This document shows, piece after piece, positions 14,001 to 26,805 of a DNA stretch of 64,000 bases. The stretch spans positions 31,310,001 to 31,374,000 of the forward strand of contig CM126226.1 of assembly GCA_052327205.1 (NCBI GenBank), in the 5' to 3' direction. Position numbers and translations under genes: made by a program. This DNA is from Somniosus microcephalus. Its lineage: Eukaryota. The notes below the pieces were generated by a model. The model had not been told where the DNA came from. It was given only the letters and a program-made list of their open reading frames with translations, and made no database searches. How positions within the stretch are numbered: position 1 is the stretch's first letter; the number at the start of each line of letters is the position of its first letter.

Positions 14001-17000
14001 CAACTTAAAGTCATCACTAGCTGGCTAGCTACCAAACTCCCATAAAGAATATTAAAAAGATTCCTTTATTATTTGAAGCCAGACGGATTTCCGATCTGCC
14101 ATTGAACCCCAGTCAGTGGCCTGACACGGGCCATTCCTAATCTTAGTTAAGCTATTGAGAGGCGCAGGGTGAAGTCATTCCGAGGTGTCGTTGTGCACAC
14201 CTCCCACTGGCTTACTGTAGGGCAGCAATGACAGTGGTCTGGGCTGGGGTTCATTGCCTCGCTCTTGCTGGTGTTTGGTGTGTGGAATGAGGGGAGAGGC
14301 AGCTAAAGGTGGGGGAGAAAATAAATTGGAAATAGGAAGAAAGAATAGAAAAGTGAAACAAGCTATAGAATGTTTTCTGCAATTGATGAGCCGAGGCCAT
14401 GGAACACACTGTCTGAGTTGACATGAACTTTTTCTCGCAGGCGTGTGTTCCAACTTATGAGCATTATTAAAGGTTTGAAACATTTATCCTTTTGAAATAG
14501 GTTTGAAAGGAGTAGAGGTTTTTATACCCAACTGTTGTATCATTTGGCGTTTTCAACTTACTGGCTTATCTTAAAGTCTGTACCTTTTGAACACACTTTG
14601 TAATTGTTTTAATTAAGATTATAAATTGCTTTCATTTTTGATTGATGTAAACCGAAATTACTATTCTTGCTGTGCTAATGTGACGATGTTACCTGTTGTG
14701 AGTAGCATGCTGTGTGCTGCTGAAACAGCCAAATAGTGGCGGGCTTCCTGCTGATTTTTCTGAATGGTATACTCTGCATTTATTACAAAGCTAGAAGTCA
14801 AGCTGTAATGCCATTTTCCCCCAAAAAAATCAAGGCTCATTAGGGCGTTTATTTTGCAGATCCGCTGATTGATCATATCATTCCTTGATCCGTATTTGCA
14901 TGCCTAGTGGTGTCTTAATATTTCCCAAGTCTTTTTGCCAGCCACTTAGACTTTGATGTATTGAGATTTCACTGTTTTTCATTTTCCTCTTGTACCCATA
15001 TCCATTCAGAGACAATTTCTCTTGCTATTTTTGGAACATCTCTTGTAAAATACAGGAAACTTTCGATTAACCGGCCACGAAATAACCGGAACGCTCTATC
15101 CACCGGCAAAATTCAGGAGTCGGTTCAGATAACTTTTTTTACTTTTTTTTTTACTCCCATTTGTGGCTGTGCAAGCGTGTAGCTGAAGCTGTTGCTAAGC
15201 TACAGAGACGCTTGCAACGTGTGCCCATTGTTCTGAAGCTAAGCAACAGGGTTTGTTGCTTTATGCGGAGCTCTGAGCTCTGTATCTTTTACTATAGCGT
15301 TCGGTTATCCGGAATTTTTGATGAACCGGCACCAGGTCAGTCCCGTCCGTGCCGGATAACAAAAAGTTTCTTGTAGCTTGTTGCCGAAATGGTAATTCTG
15401 TAGTTTTATAACGTGATTGATGCCTTTAGTCAGCAATCTGGTCATTTGTTTCCAGCCGCCTGACTTTGCAAAAATATTATAAAACAATAACTAATAACCT
15501 GATGGCAGCACAAAAACTGTCTTTGGATAGTCATCTATATAATTGTTATATGTTTAAGTAATGGTTGTATGTGACAGGTGCGCCATAATTTTATAATCTG
15601 GAGATCTATGCATTTTGCAAAGGATGTGTGAACTTGAGTATTTTCACCAGAGATAACACAAATGTGAAGTTTACCAAAAGCTACATGTTGTTTAAAATCA
15701 TTTAATTAAAACTCATTTTTAAGTGCCTTTGCACTGTGCAAGAATCTTTAATGCATTTACTTTGAGCTGACCGACAAAGTCTTAAATGAAGAATTTCTGT
15801 TGTGGCGCAAGGAATTTCTAAACGTTACATCCATTAAAATCTTACATTATTTATTTTCCACAGTTTTAGTTCCTACATCTTCCATTCTATTCCTCCCTCA
15901 AAATCCAGTACACCTCTGCTCAATCAAAGCTTTATAGTTGATCTTCCAGAACTTTGCTAATGCTTCGTAACTGGTCACTGGGGGATGCTTTCTTCCCTCC
16001 CTGTCCGGAGTCACATCATTGCCTCTCTGAGGCCCCCGTCTGAGATCAGGATCACACTATGTGAGATATCATAGACCGACATCCAGCCGCATTGTTAAGT
16101 ATTGCCTTAAAATTAATACCGTTAAATTGTATAGATTGAGAGTTCCAAAGGGAAATATATTTTTGATAAATTGCCTAAAATACACAGTGAGAATGCTATT
16201 TACCAGTTCATTGATGTGGGATATCTGTGGGCTAAGTGATTTGAGGAGTTGCATAAAACTCGTCGAAAAAAGAACCATAATTTTAGTAAAGACCTTTTCT
16301 TGCAGGTTATGTCTTTCAATCACTGATTTCCATCCAGATACCTGGAACCCAGCCTGGTCTGTCTCTACAATCCTGACGGGTCTCCTTAGCTTCATGGTGG
16401 AGAAAGGGCCTACATTGGGCAGTATTGAAACTTCAGAATATACAGTGAGTTCCTTCCATTCATTACTAAAGAGAAGGCTTTCATTATCATGTAGGTTTTT
16501 TGAGGTTTGAACTGAATGAAGAGCGCGCCTTTCAAATTGTATTTTTATCCTCCTCCACTCCACTTTTCTTTTCTTCTAGTCTCCCATTCTCCTACATCAG
16601 GAGGTTAGGATTGTCTCTCTCTAATTTCTCCTTGTGTATTGATCATAACTTCCCCAGCCAGTGGAAGGTGCAGTTCAATTGGAGTGACTTTGTTTTGGTG
16701 ATCTGGGCAAAGACTAACAACTCACTGACTAAAGCAAGTGAGTTTAGATAACTGGCAATTCTGGAACTCTACCGTGCAATTTTCTGTTTTGAAATCAAGT
16801 GCTCAACTACTAAAGCTAGTGCCTCGTGGAACCTTTCTTGAACAGAGCAAAGAAGGATAAATAACTACTCTTTCACTCTTTTTCCAGCTCTGTGTAACCT
16901 TTGTCTTTGTTAAAATGTAATGTTTCTAAAATCACCTGAACTTGTTTTGTGTTCCTTTTGATTCTTCCTTATTAATCAGTCTCCATTTACAAATGCATTG

Positions 17001-20000
17001 GGCTGACCTACAAGTGGGTCGAGGGCCCCTCGGCACTATTTGAGTTTGGTACCATATGGGAGTTATATTGACCACTTTTCACTTCTGTATTTCGGGCTGC
17101 ATTCTGAAAATATGAATTCTTTCTGTCACTGGGAGCAGTTTGTTCTGTTATCAGTATACTGGGAAAACAAACTCATCTTCAGTGTTTTGTATCTTAACAC
17201 ATTTAGTCATTTTAATAGCCGTTACCTTTTGCTATTTATTTGTAAAGGTTAACATTTTTGAAGTTTCTGGTTTCAGAATATTTGATGTTGATATTTAAGT
17301 TCAATGGTTGTGATTTGTTTTGCTTCGGTTGCTGTCGGTGCTTGCTTTTAAAATCTCTTCGTCTTGCCACGTAGCCTTTCCAAAAATGTTTGTCTGCCGA
17401 CATCACATGCTCTGTAGAGGTGTGCAACCCGTTCCAAGTTTTACAGCTGGGCTTATTGTGACCATTCAGTGTACTGGAAAGCGATCCTGCTAGCTTGGAT
17501 GATTTCATTTAATAGATTCAGAGATGCTTCTGTTGTTAGCTTGTCAAAGAAGTAGGCCTCTAACTCTTAGAGTCCCAAGAATGCTCCAAAACAACAACAC
17601 CAGTTGAGTTGTGTTCTGTATGAATTCAAAGCCAGGGAGGAGGCATTGGCGGCACTCTGGGAGTTGGATAACCTGCTCCAATTCAAGTGCTGACTTTGCA
17701 AACTAATGTTGCTCTAATGTCCTGGCACTGGAACATTAGAAAAAACCATTACGCTGACAAGTGTTGAAATTGATGCAAACTCGTTTGAAGAATGTTGGCT
17801 AACTATCAGTCTCACTCTTGTGCGAGTTGATACTGAATCATTGGTGGAGTTTGAATCTATTTCTTTCTCACTTGCTGAAACCATGAGTTTTCAGAATGCT
17901 ATTCCCATAAATGCCAGTCGATGACAAAAGTATCCTTCCTTTCGAAGCTTCTGAAATGTAAAGCTTTGACTCCATTTCCACAGCTTTGCAAGATCTCTTT
18001 TGCTGCTGTTGGTACTGATACTGATCAAGTCTTTAGCCAAGGCAGTAGTCAATGATTCAACTGTTTTAACAGCATTCTATTGCCACCAGGTGCCAGCATT
18101 GATTGAATCCACTCCGCCACGGCCCAATCGTTGGTAAAAGCAGATGGCAGTTAAAAATAGTCTGTACATTTGAATCTGAGATTTTTGAGGAAAGCCATGA
18201 GTTTTTAGTTGGACAGCATAGCGAAATGTCCCATTCCCTAGATTCTGGGATCTTGTTGCATTTTATTTGATATTTCGATCTGCTTTCGAGTGTGTGTCTT
18301 TCTGTTCAAGAAGCTTTACCACAAGTGAGGATACACTCTTGAGCTTAGTGGATTTATCAACCAAGTTTTGTTATCTGGCCACCAATGTAGACATGCACTA
18401 AAAATGTTTGAGAAAGCATATGTGCCATTGTAAATAAAGTAGTCCCCAAAACACACTCTACGCACTCCATTGTATCAGGATGTGGAATAAACGGGAGCTA
18501 GTAAATACCTCGATTGATAGTGTTAAGACCAGCATACTGAATAGGAGCTACAAGCTCCTCCATGGTAACTAAAGCATTGCTTGCGCTAATGTGCCACATT
18601 CAAGAAACATTTGCCCAAATGTAAAAGGACACTGATTGTCTGAACAGACAACACCATTTGTGTGGGTTGTGTTGGACGTGTCTCAACATTGTGCAAACGT
18701 GGCACTAATTATTAGCATACAACCATCATCCTGCACAAAGCCTTGAGGGCACAGAATGTCATAGCTGATATCTTGGACAGGCGTACGGTCCAACCATGCA
18801 AGTGCCCCATTCACCTGGAGACACCCCAGATTATCTTTGATGTACGGGATTATCTATTGCTAGTTTTCAAAACAAGTGATTGCAGGTGCCAAGATATTCA
18901 TTGCATGGCGCAATTCTCTTCTGCCTTGCTAGGCTTTCCTTTGCTGCCCATGATTAGTCACCAGATTCAAGCAGATCAGGCAATTACAGTAACTCCATCC
19001 ACACTTATTGGTAGTATTTACTAACTAATTGTCTATCACCTGGTTTGTTAAGAGTTTGTGACAGCCATTGCAGCCAATTACCCACTTCTGTTTAGTTGGT
19101 GAACATTCACTGGTATCCAGTTACCTGAAAGGTATTGGGAGCATTACATTTCTATAGCCAGTAATGCCTACATGGGGTCTGAATCATGTTTTCTACATGC
19201 GTCAAACCAATTTGAACCTAGGCTTCACAACGTCTTCTGGTAGTTTTATCTTCACTTGGGGTCTACGTCTCAGGAGAATGATATATACATGCGCTGCTGC
19301 CTGTGTTTACAAAATTAGCTAATTCCGACTTCTGTGTGGGGCGGATACATAGTTCCCCATTGCACCGTGACATAAGCATGCTGGTGTGCTGAACAATTCG
19401 GTGTTTACAAGGCCGACTGGGGTCATAGTACTGGTGGGAGATGAGGGGGACCAGCTGAAAAGTAAACCTCTAGCCATTGGTCATGTGGCGGCAAGTGTCA
19501 TTGACTGCAGGAGACCTGAGTATTGGGAATTGATGGCACCGCAGCAATGTAAGAACACATTAGCGTACTCCTACTTTCTTAAAAGAAACTAATGTCCTTG
19601 AAACTGGGCACTAGACTGTATCTATGTCTATTAGCTAGCTGTTTCTCTAGGTATAGTGAAAGCTTGTTCTACTCATGCTGTGGCACTTTTAGGGCCAGTA
19701 TATGAACATTTCTCTCTACGCTCCGTGTGGTGAAATTTCCATATTTTCACAAAACATTCACTTTTTCACAAGAATATCCTCTTGGGTTTTAATAACTTGA
19801 GATAAAGGTCTAATTGTTGTATTGTTCTAAACTTCCCTCTTCTTCCGCTCTCCAGCTCTCTTTCTGTACTACTTCAGCATTGCTGCATTTGTTTGTGAGT
19901 TTGAATAAGGAGAAATGTTGGATTATCTGCTGCAAGTATTGTCCTCCTCATTCTTTGGGATGGTGCAAAGTTCCTTCTCTATTTGCCTTTTTTTAAACTT

Positions 20001-22480
20001 TGATGTACTTGGTGATTTGTTCATTTGTGAGACCAGATTCCATTGCATGTTCTAAAATGTCCCCAAAACATAATGTTGAATATAAGACTAGTTGCACATG
20101 TGTCGTCGAGTCCAATTAGAATTTTTAGGTCAAGTACGGTTAGAGGGTGGGGGAAAGGGGCGAAGAAGGGGGCAGGGGAGCTGAGGTGGGGGGGGGAGAA
20201 GAGGCGGTTATGGATCAAAAAATCTTGCTTAGTAGGGGCAATGGGATTTGAGGGCCACAATCTAGCACTGTGTTTGGGAGAGAGGGGGGAGCGCAGGCTG
20301 AAAACAGTTCGCTGGCGGGCATAAGGGCTTATTACATGCTCTGTGGGGCGGGGGGGATATTGGGGCTGAAATCTGAGTCAGTTGGGGGGTCAAAATCTCG
20401 CTCTTTTTTTTGGGGGGGGGGGAAATGAGAGCTAAAAATGTGCTCGGTGGGGGTTGTGGGGTGAAAATCTGCCCAGTGGGGAGGTAGTTGAGGCGGAGAA
20501 AACTTGCTCAGTGTGGGGAGGGGGTGTTCAGGGCTGGAATTTAGCTGTGGGGGAGGGTCTGTTTTTATCCAAGTGACTGACTGTTCTGACTACTCATTTG
20601 AGGGGCCATCACAACATTTGGTTCAACCCTGTTGTAATCAATTGGTCATGACTTGTTTCTGCTTGTACTGCCATCTACTGGGGCAATGCCATTAGAGTCT
20701 TAAGACCATCCATCATTTTTAAGATTTCATAGATAATAACTTGTACTGAATAGTGCATTCCATCATAAAAATGAGCTTTTGATGCAAAGATTTTACTGCA
20801 GTCTTTGAAAGGTCACTTGTGAATTTGTTTTGATAATGTATGCTGAAGTGTTTTATTTTAATTGGCAAAATAATTCAATTAAAACTGTCTTGGGGCAGCT
20901 TATACTGATCCTTGAATGAATCGAAAGTAATGCTAATATTTTGAATCTTTACTTCTTGGCAGAAAAGACAACTTGCTGCCCAAAGCAGTGCTTTTAATCT
21001 AAAGGATAAAGTGTTTTGTGAGCTCTTCCCAGATTTAGTGGAGGTAAGTGTTCATAAGCAGTCAAGTTGTATCGACCATCTTGAGCACTTGCTATTTTAT
21101 TTTAGAATGTATAAAGATGAGCCGGCCAATCGTATTGTAAGCAAAATCTTGTGCCTGCAGATATCAAAATAGGCAGCGGTAATAATGAGAAACAATGAAA
21201 CCAGATTCAGAAGCATTTGGATCCTTCGGTTGACTGGGCAAGTCGAAGCAAGTTTCATTTAGTGTGACTGGGTGCAAAGGAATTTTTAGAATGAAGTAAA
21301 AATCAGAAGAGGGAGTAGCTATTAAATAGAACAGGGGTGGTGCATGTTGACCAGGAAAGAGATCATTGTAGATAAATCTATGAAACCGTCATAATGTTTA
21401 GCTTCAGTAAATAAAGCTGAATAAACTACAGGATCACTTTAATAGAAGGATAGAGTACACGTCATAAGAGATTGTGTTGCTGTATATGATGTTGGTTAGT
21501 CCTGCATCTGGAGTTCTATGGGGTGTTCTGGCCACCTAATTATCGGAAGGATAAATATTGGGCGGGTGAGCTATAGCCAGTTTTCTACTAACACTTGAGG
21601 CTGGCATTGGTGAGCGGCTCCCAAAGTCTACACTAAATCTGTCTTCCTTGCTTCAGCAGCAGAATCGTTGACACGTTTTTCTGTCAGTCTATGATTCTGC
21701 CACCAGGATAAAGGAGTCCGATTTAGTAATATAAATGCCAGGAGGCAGCTCATGAATGCTGGTCTCTTGGAATGTAATCTACGCAGGTGCCAGTAGAAAA
21801 GTGGTTAAAGATTACTCCGCGTACGAGGAATTTAAGATGTCCTTAAGGGTTAAGTACAGGCCGCAACACTGAAACAATACTCTTGAGCAGGAGTCTTATG
21901 TTAAAAGAGAGTGGAGTTTGAGGATACCTTGCAGTCAAAAGTTTTGCAGTTGCTTTCTGTTTCCTTGTGCTACACTGAAGTTTGTTGAACTAAAGGGTTT
22001 CTAATAGGTCGTAACACCATTCTCACTCCACGGTGTCATCAGTCACCTTATGTAGAGTGTTCTAGGTCAATATTTTTCTGGGTTGAGGATTCATGAGATG
22101 AGGTTAGGATTGAAGGGACAGAATATAAGGAAAAGAAACAACCAGGAGCTTTCAAACAAAATAGATTTAACGACATTAGTTTTGTTCTCCTGTGCCTCTA
22201 GGAAATAAAAGAAAAGAAACGAGCACAAGAAGAACTAAGTAACAGGGCTCAGGCCCTGCCTCTACCAGATGTTATCCCTGATGGTGAAGTGCACCAGAAT
22301 GGTATGCCGCTTCTTAATGGCCATGCAGTGCTACCAGCTGCCAACCACCAAGGCCATCAACAGGCCAACCGAAACCATGGACTCCTAGGGGGAGCTTTAG
22401 CAAACTTGTTCGTCATTGTTGGTTTTGCAGCCTTTGCCTACACAGTGAAGTATGTGTTACGAAGCATAGCACAGGAATAA
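7904..22480 (+). CDS. UBE2J2: Ubiquitin-conjugating enzyme E2 J2, spliced CDS join(7904-8034,11535-11575,12544-12646,16306-16444,20963-21043,22202-22480), 774 nt, 257 aa
   Basis: Exons translate to [170 protein letters not shown]...[32 protein letters not shown]. All introns are GT-AG with consistent phases. Catalytic Cys in TRLCLS, Ubc6-type TPNGRF motif, C-terminal tail anchor. Confidence 0.97.
8620..8720 (-). mobile_element. Penelope-like terminal repeat fragment
   Basis: Near-identical to 6273-6370. Confidence 0.7.
10007..10324. mobile_element. Tc1/pogo (Tigger-like) MITE
   Basis: ta|CAGGAAACTCT...CCGG repeats...GAGTTTCC; an opposite-orientation relative lies at 15051-15375. Confidence 0.6.
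10647..10947. mobile_element. hAT-Charlie-type MITE (301 bp) with 8-bp TSD
   Basis: TSD ACCTAGGC at 10639-10646 and 10948-10955; ends CAGTGCTGTCCAAT and ATTGGACAAAACTA. Confidence 0.75.
11535..11575 (+). CDS. UBE2J2: UBE2J2 coding exon 2 (41 nt)
   Basis: ctcttgctag|G CAT TAC GTG GTA CGA GGC CCT GAG AAA ACA CCG TAT GAG G|gtatgt. Confidence 0.95.
12544..12646 (+). CDS. UBE2J2: UBE2J2 coding exon 3 (103 nt)
   Basis: ctaatctag|GT GGT CTT TAT CAT GGA ... AAT ACA CG|gtaaga. Confidence 0.95.
15051..15375. mobile_element. Tc1/pogo (Tigger-like) MITE, inverted relative to 10007-10324
   Basis: TACAGGAAACTTT...AAAGTTTCTTGTA terminal inverted repeats with TA ends. Confidence 0.65.
16306..16444 (+). 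CDS. UBE2J2: UBE2J2 coding exon 4 (139 nt, catalytic Cys)
   Basis: ttttcttgcag|G TTA TGT CTT TCA ... GAA TAT ACA|gtgagt. Confidence 0.95.
20140..20560 (+). repeat. G-rich degenerate low-complexity tandem region
   Basis: Repeated G-runs followed by (c)tgaaa(a)tct-like units. Confidence 0.6.
20963..21043 (+). CDS. UBE2J2: UBE2J2 coding exon 5 (81 nt)
   Basis: cttcttggcag|AAA AGA CAA ... GTG GAG|gtaagt. Confidence 0.95.
21560..21820. mobile_element. Degenerate palindromic MITE next to an old CR1 fragment
   Basis: CCAGTTTTCTACT near the left end and AGTAGAAAAGTGG near the right end, plus internal inverted similarity. Confidence 0.4.
22202..22480 (+). CDS. UBE2J2: UBE2J2 last coding exon (tail anchor, stop TAA)
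   Basis: gtgcctctag|GAA ATA AAA ... CAG GAA TAA. Confidence 0.95.
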   Translation, partial: EIKEKKRAQEELSNRAQALPLPDVIPDGEVHQNGMPLLNGHAVLPAANHQGHQQANRNHGLLGGALANLFVIVGFAAFAYTVKYVLRSIAQE

Positions 22481-24230
22481 AGCTGCTGAAGAGACCAAAT
22501 CATTGCAATCTTGCAAGCAAATCGGACTCCTTTTGGGGAAGCGTTGCAGAAAGGGGAAGAGTAAGACTGGAGTGATGTAATTAAAATTACATTTGTATAT
22601 GTACAAAAAGTGACCAACTAGAGCCTATGGTTTTCTTTCACAGATGTATGGATCAACGGAGCTAACATAGTTCAAGAATATGCAGAAGGTTCAGATTTAC
22701 TGTGCAGGTCATGCATATTTTACAGTGGGTGACCAATATAATGCCTCTTAATTATGGTGAATCTGAAACTAGTGCTATTTCTAAAAAAAAGGAGCGTGTT
22801 TTGCAGCAGCATTTTCAGATTTTAATTGTTTACTTCAGAATGATTAAAAATCTATACCCCAACATAAATATGACTTTTTAATGTATTTATATTACTGTTG
22901 TATTTAGGATATATTGGAAGCATTTCTGGAATAAAATACAAAAACTAAACGCTAAGCGGGATAAAACTGGGTGTGGACGTCAAATAACTTTTTTTTAAAG
23001 TGCTTCTTTTTGTTTTAGCAAAATTGGGAAAGGTGAGAGTGCCACGTTGGCCGTCCAGTGTAAAATAAATGACCACATGCGAAATCGAGACCTTGTGCAC
23101 ATTCCTACAAACTAATTACAGGCTTTTCCTCATTAGGTTTTATGGGTAACCCCTTGGCAAAACGGTTGCAGAAACCATAATTTATAAATGAGTTTTCTTT
23201 TTTGTAATTTATCTCCATAAAGGAAAAGATGCTCAAAATGCACCACTTGTATCGCTGGAAGCAATGGACAATAATTTGCTGCTTAATCAGTTATTTCTGG
23301 TTTGTCTTTCCTCTTACACAATATCTTTAGAATTTTGCAGTACATTTTTCCAACAGAAGAAACCTGTGTAAATCTTTAATGGGCTAACACAATTGCAAAC
23401 TGTTAATGGCAAGATCTTTGCAATGCCTCATCCTAGTTTTATGGGTGGCATTAAATGTTACAATAGGATATTTGGAATACTGTTAAATGTCATTTCTAAC
23501 AAGCAATAGAAGTTAGACTAGATTTTCACTTGACTGAAGAACACACAGTGTCATTTTGCCAAATTAAAATAAATCCCTGGAAACAGTTATACCTGTCCCA
23601 CTCGGCTATAAATCTGAAATGAGCATGTTGTGCGTAATAGCAATGACTGCTTTGTAAATTGACTCTCAATAAAATTTACAGGATACCTTCGTAATATCAT
23701 CGCTTCTCTTTAACGTCATTGAAAAATCTTCCAGAATACGTTGTTACTTATTTTCCATGAAGAGACTGATGTTACCGTAGGCATAAAGTCCACAATTTTA
23801 TTCTGAGCGTATTGAGTAGGGAAATGTCTGTCATTCATTAAGTTTCTACAGTTCTACTTTATAATGTACAAAATATTTGTCAAGCCTTTGAAAAAGTGTG
23901 CTTCTTGAAACCTGCATTGGAATTGAAAAAGTGTTGGTGACTTTGTATTTTGCAATTATTGAAAACTGAACAATGGAAAAACAATGCAAATTCATTAAAC
24001 TGACGAGCATAAAAGTTATTACTTTGCAAGGCCTCTCCACATCATCCGCAAGATTATTAAAATTAAAGATTTTTTCCCCCATTAAAGTACAGTATGAGTA
24101 AAGCTACAAACCTCAACCTAAATGATGTTAATGAACTTTGCCCGGAAAGATGTATTTTGATCTTTAAAGAAAAAAGTTGACTTCAATATACAGTAGGTTT
24201 ATGTTCTGATGTGTTTCAGTTTTTAAAATC

Positions 24231-24236
24231 AATAAA
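24231..24236 (+). terminator. Candidate distal poly(A) signal of UBE2J2 (further AATAAA hexamers near 22930, 23005 and 23668)
   Basis: AATAAA at the end of an AT-rich, repeat-free stretch of about 1.75 kb after the stop codon; repeats resume shortly afterwards. Confidence 0.45.
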
Positions 24237-25328
24237 TTCTTTATCACAAATGAAACAAGTGGTGCAGCTGATCCCTTTTGTACCAGATTTTTCTCCATTC
24301 TGTCTCCTCGCATCTCATCGTTACCCTTTTGAGGTCACTGCCAGATGCCTGTGGTGGTGGCAGGACGCAGAGTGTAGAGATAGTTGGATTGGTGGAATGT
24401 GGGTAGTGGTGTTCCTCCCCAGCGATCTGTGCCGAGCAAACACTCTCGTTTGGCATTTACATAAATAATTTGAACATGGGCAGAAGTAGAAATTAATTTG
24501 AAGTTTGCTGGTGAAACCAAATTAGTGACCTGGCAAATTGTGAGCAAGAATGAGGGCGATTGCAGGCAAACATGGACAGGTTAGAGGGGGCAGATTCAGT
24601 AATTCATTGCAGCGAAATGCAGAGTAGTACTTTTTGGAGGGAAGTAAAAGGAAGTATGCCTTAAATGTTAAGATTCTTAATAGAGTGCAGGAGCAGAGGT
24701 TCTTTAAGACTGGAGTACAAGTAGCAAAGGCCATAAAAAGCTAAATGAGATTTTTATGTTAAATTTGTAAAAATAATGGTTAAGTCACAGTTTTGGCATT
24801 CTGGGTATCTTGTGCAAGGGTATTTGAGCCTTGGAAACAGACCTGCAAAGGCCCAGTAGTGAAATTCAGGAGTAATGGTTATGATAGCATCAGAAAAATG
24901 TTGACTTTTTTCATTCCAGAGGATCTAATAGGTAATCAAAATAGTGAAAGATTGTTTACTGCTGTTTAGTGAATTTTGTTTTTCAGTTATATCTGTACAG
25001 GTTTCTCAGTCCGTCCCTCAGGAAGATTGCTCTACTTTGGCTGTGTTTCAGTCCCTTCTGGGAATACCTGTACGCCAGGTTAGTAATTCACAAGTAACTT
25101 TCGCTACTTTTATATTGTCCCAGGTCAGGTACAGCACAGATTAGATGCCGAGTAAAACTTGATCTGCAGGGTCCCATTAAACTTGTTGCTGATTCTGTTG
25201 CCACCTGTTTGGCCTTGTAGTCCATGGTGTCTTTCTGGAGTGACTATAAACGAGCCATTTCCTTTGCCTTCTCCTTGAACTTGGTTTCCTGTTTTTCGAG
25301 AGATCACAGTCACGGGGGTAGAAAAATG

Positions 25329-26805
25329 TCAGCTTCCAGTGACTTGCTGGCAAATGCGCTGTGTGAAAGTCAAAAAAGATCAGAATTGGGCTCAGCCTCC
25401 CACGTGCCTGACTCTATTTACAGTGCCCCGGTAAGGCATTCTTGCCATTACAGGAATCAGTAAATGAGCAAAACAAAGAAAGGAAAAATAATTTGCATTT
25501 ATACAGCGCGTTTCATGACCTTGGGATGTCCCAAAGCGCTTTACATCCAATGAATTAATTCCTTCTACCCTGTCACAGGTCAAGCACTGCAGGTTATTGC
25601 AAAGCTCACACTGCACTGTCCCAACAAACACCAAGCTAAACTTGTGTGTTTAGCCGTGGCTTAGTGGTAGTGCACTCTCATCTGAGTCAGAAGGTTGTGG
25701 GTTCAAGTCCCACTCCAGAGACATGAGCATAAAATCTAGGCTGACACCCCAGTGCAGTATTGAGGGGGTGCAGCACTGTTAAAGGTGCAGCACTCTTTCA
25801 GATGAGACATTAAACCAAAACCCTGTCTGCTGTATCTGGTGGATGTAAAAGAGCCCATGGAACTATTTCTTAGAGCAGGGGAGTTCTCCCTGGTGTCCTG
25901 GCCAATATTCATTCCTCCACCAACATCACTAAAAAACATCATCTGGTCATTTATATTGCGGTTTGTGGGAGCTTGCTGTGTGTAAATTGGCTGTCCTACA
26001 TTATAGCCACACTTTAAAAGTACTGTACTTACTTGGCTGTAAAGCACTTTGCGTCACCCTGAGGTTGTGAAAGGCACTATATAAATGCAGATCTTTCTTC
26101 AGTTCATGTACAGCATAGGTTAGATGCAGAGCAAGCTCCGTCAACTTTGCTGCTCTTGTACTGAAATGCTTTTAATCTCGGTCTTCTCACATGTTCTTGC
26201 TTGCCACACTCGCATTCCCTAGACTTGCTGACGGCTCGGACGTCCATTTCATTGCTTCCCACACAAATGCTTGATCATCACATTCACACGCTCAATTACC
26301 ATTAAACCATTCCTGTGGGTCATTCAGCACTCATTTCTCTTGTATTGCAACTCCCTTATCCGTAGTTCTTTTGGATGAGATATTAAACCGAGGCCTGATC
26401 TGCATAAGATCCCAAGCCACTATTTGAAGAGTAGGGCGTTCTGTGTCTTGGCCAATATTAATCCTTCAACCAATATCATTGAAAGATTATTTGGTAATTT
26501 CTCATTGCTGTTTGTTGGACCTTTCAGTGTGCAAATTAGCTGCTATGTTTGCCTACATTACAATGCCTACAACTGAAAATTAATTCATTGGATGTAAAGT
26601 GCTTTGGGACATCCCAAGGTCATGAAACGCGCTGTATAAATGCAAATTATTTTTCCTTTGTTTTGCTCATTTACTGATTGCTGTAATGGCAAGAATGCCT
26701 CACCGAGGCATTGTAAATAGGGTCAGGCACGTGGGAGGCTGAGCTCAATTCTGACCTTATTTGACTTTCACACTGCATTTGCCAGCAAGAGTCACTGGAA
26801 GCTGA
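25329..26805. repeat. Long inverted duplication, arms 25329-25560 and 26578-26805
   Basis: Arms are reverse complements with roughly 90% identity by eye. Confidence 0.9.
25651..26100 (+). mobile_element. tRNA-derived Deu-domain SINE (SacSINE1-like), full length
   Basis: A box GTGGCTTAGTGG, B box GGTTCAAGTCC, central domain, L2-like tail ggcactatataaatgca. Confidence 0.75.

Noticed and set aside
16061-16563. 149-aa and 164-aa ORFs as independent genes
   Set aside because: They are UBE2J2 exon 4 with intronic run-on and its antisense shadow.
17300-19300. Possible decayed integrase or transposase in UBE2J2 intron 4 ([10 protein letters not shown] on the - strand)
   Set aside because: Only one weak motif, with no sustained frame or termini that I could support.
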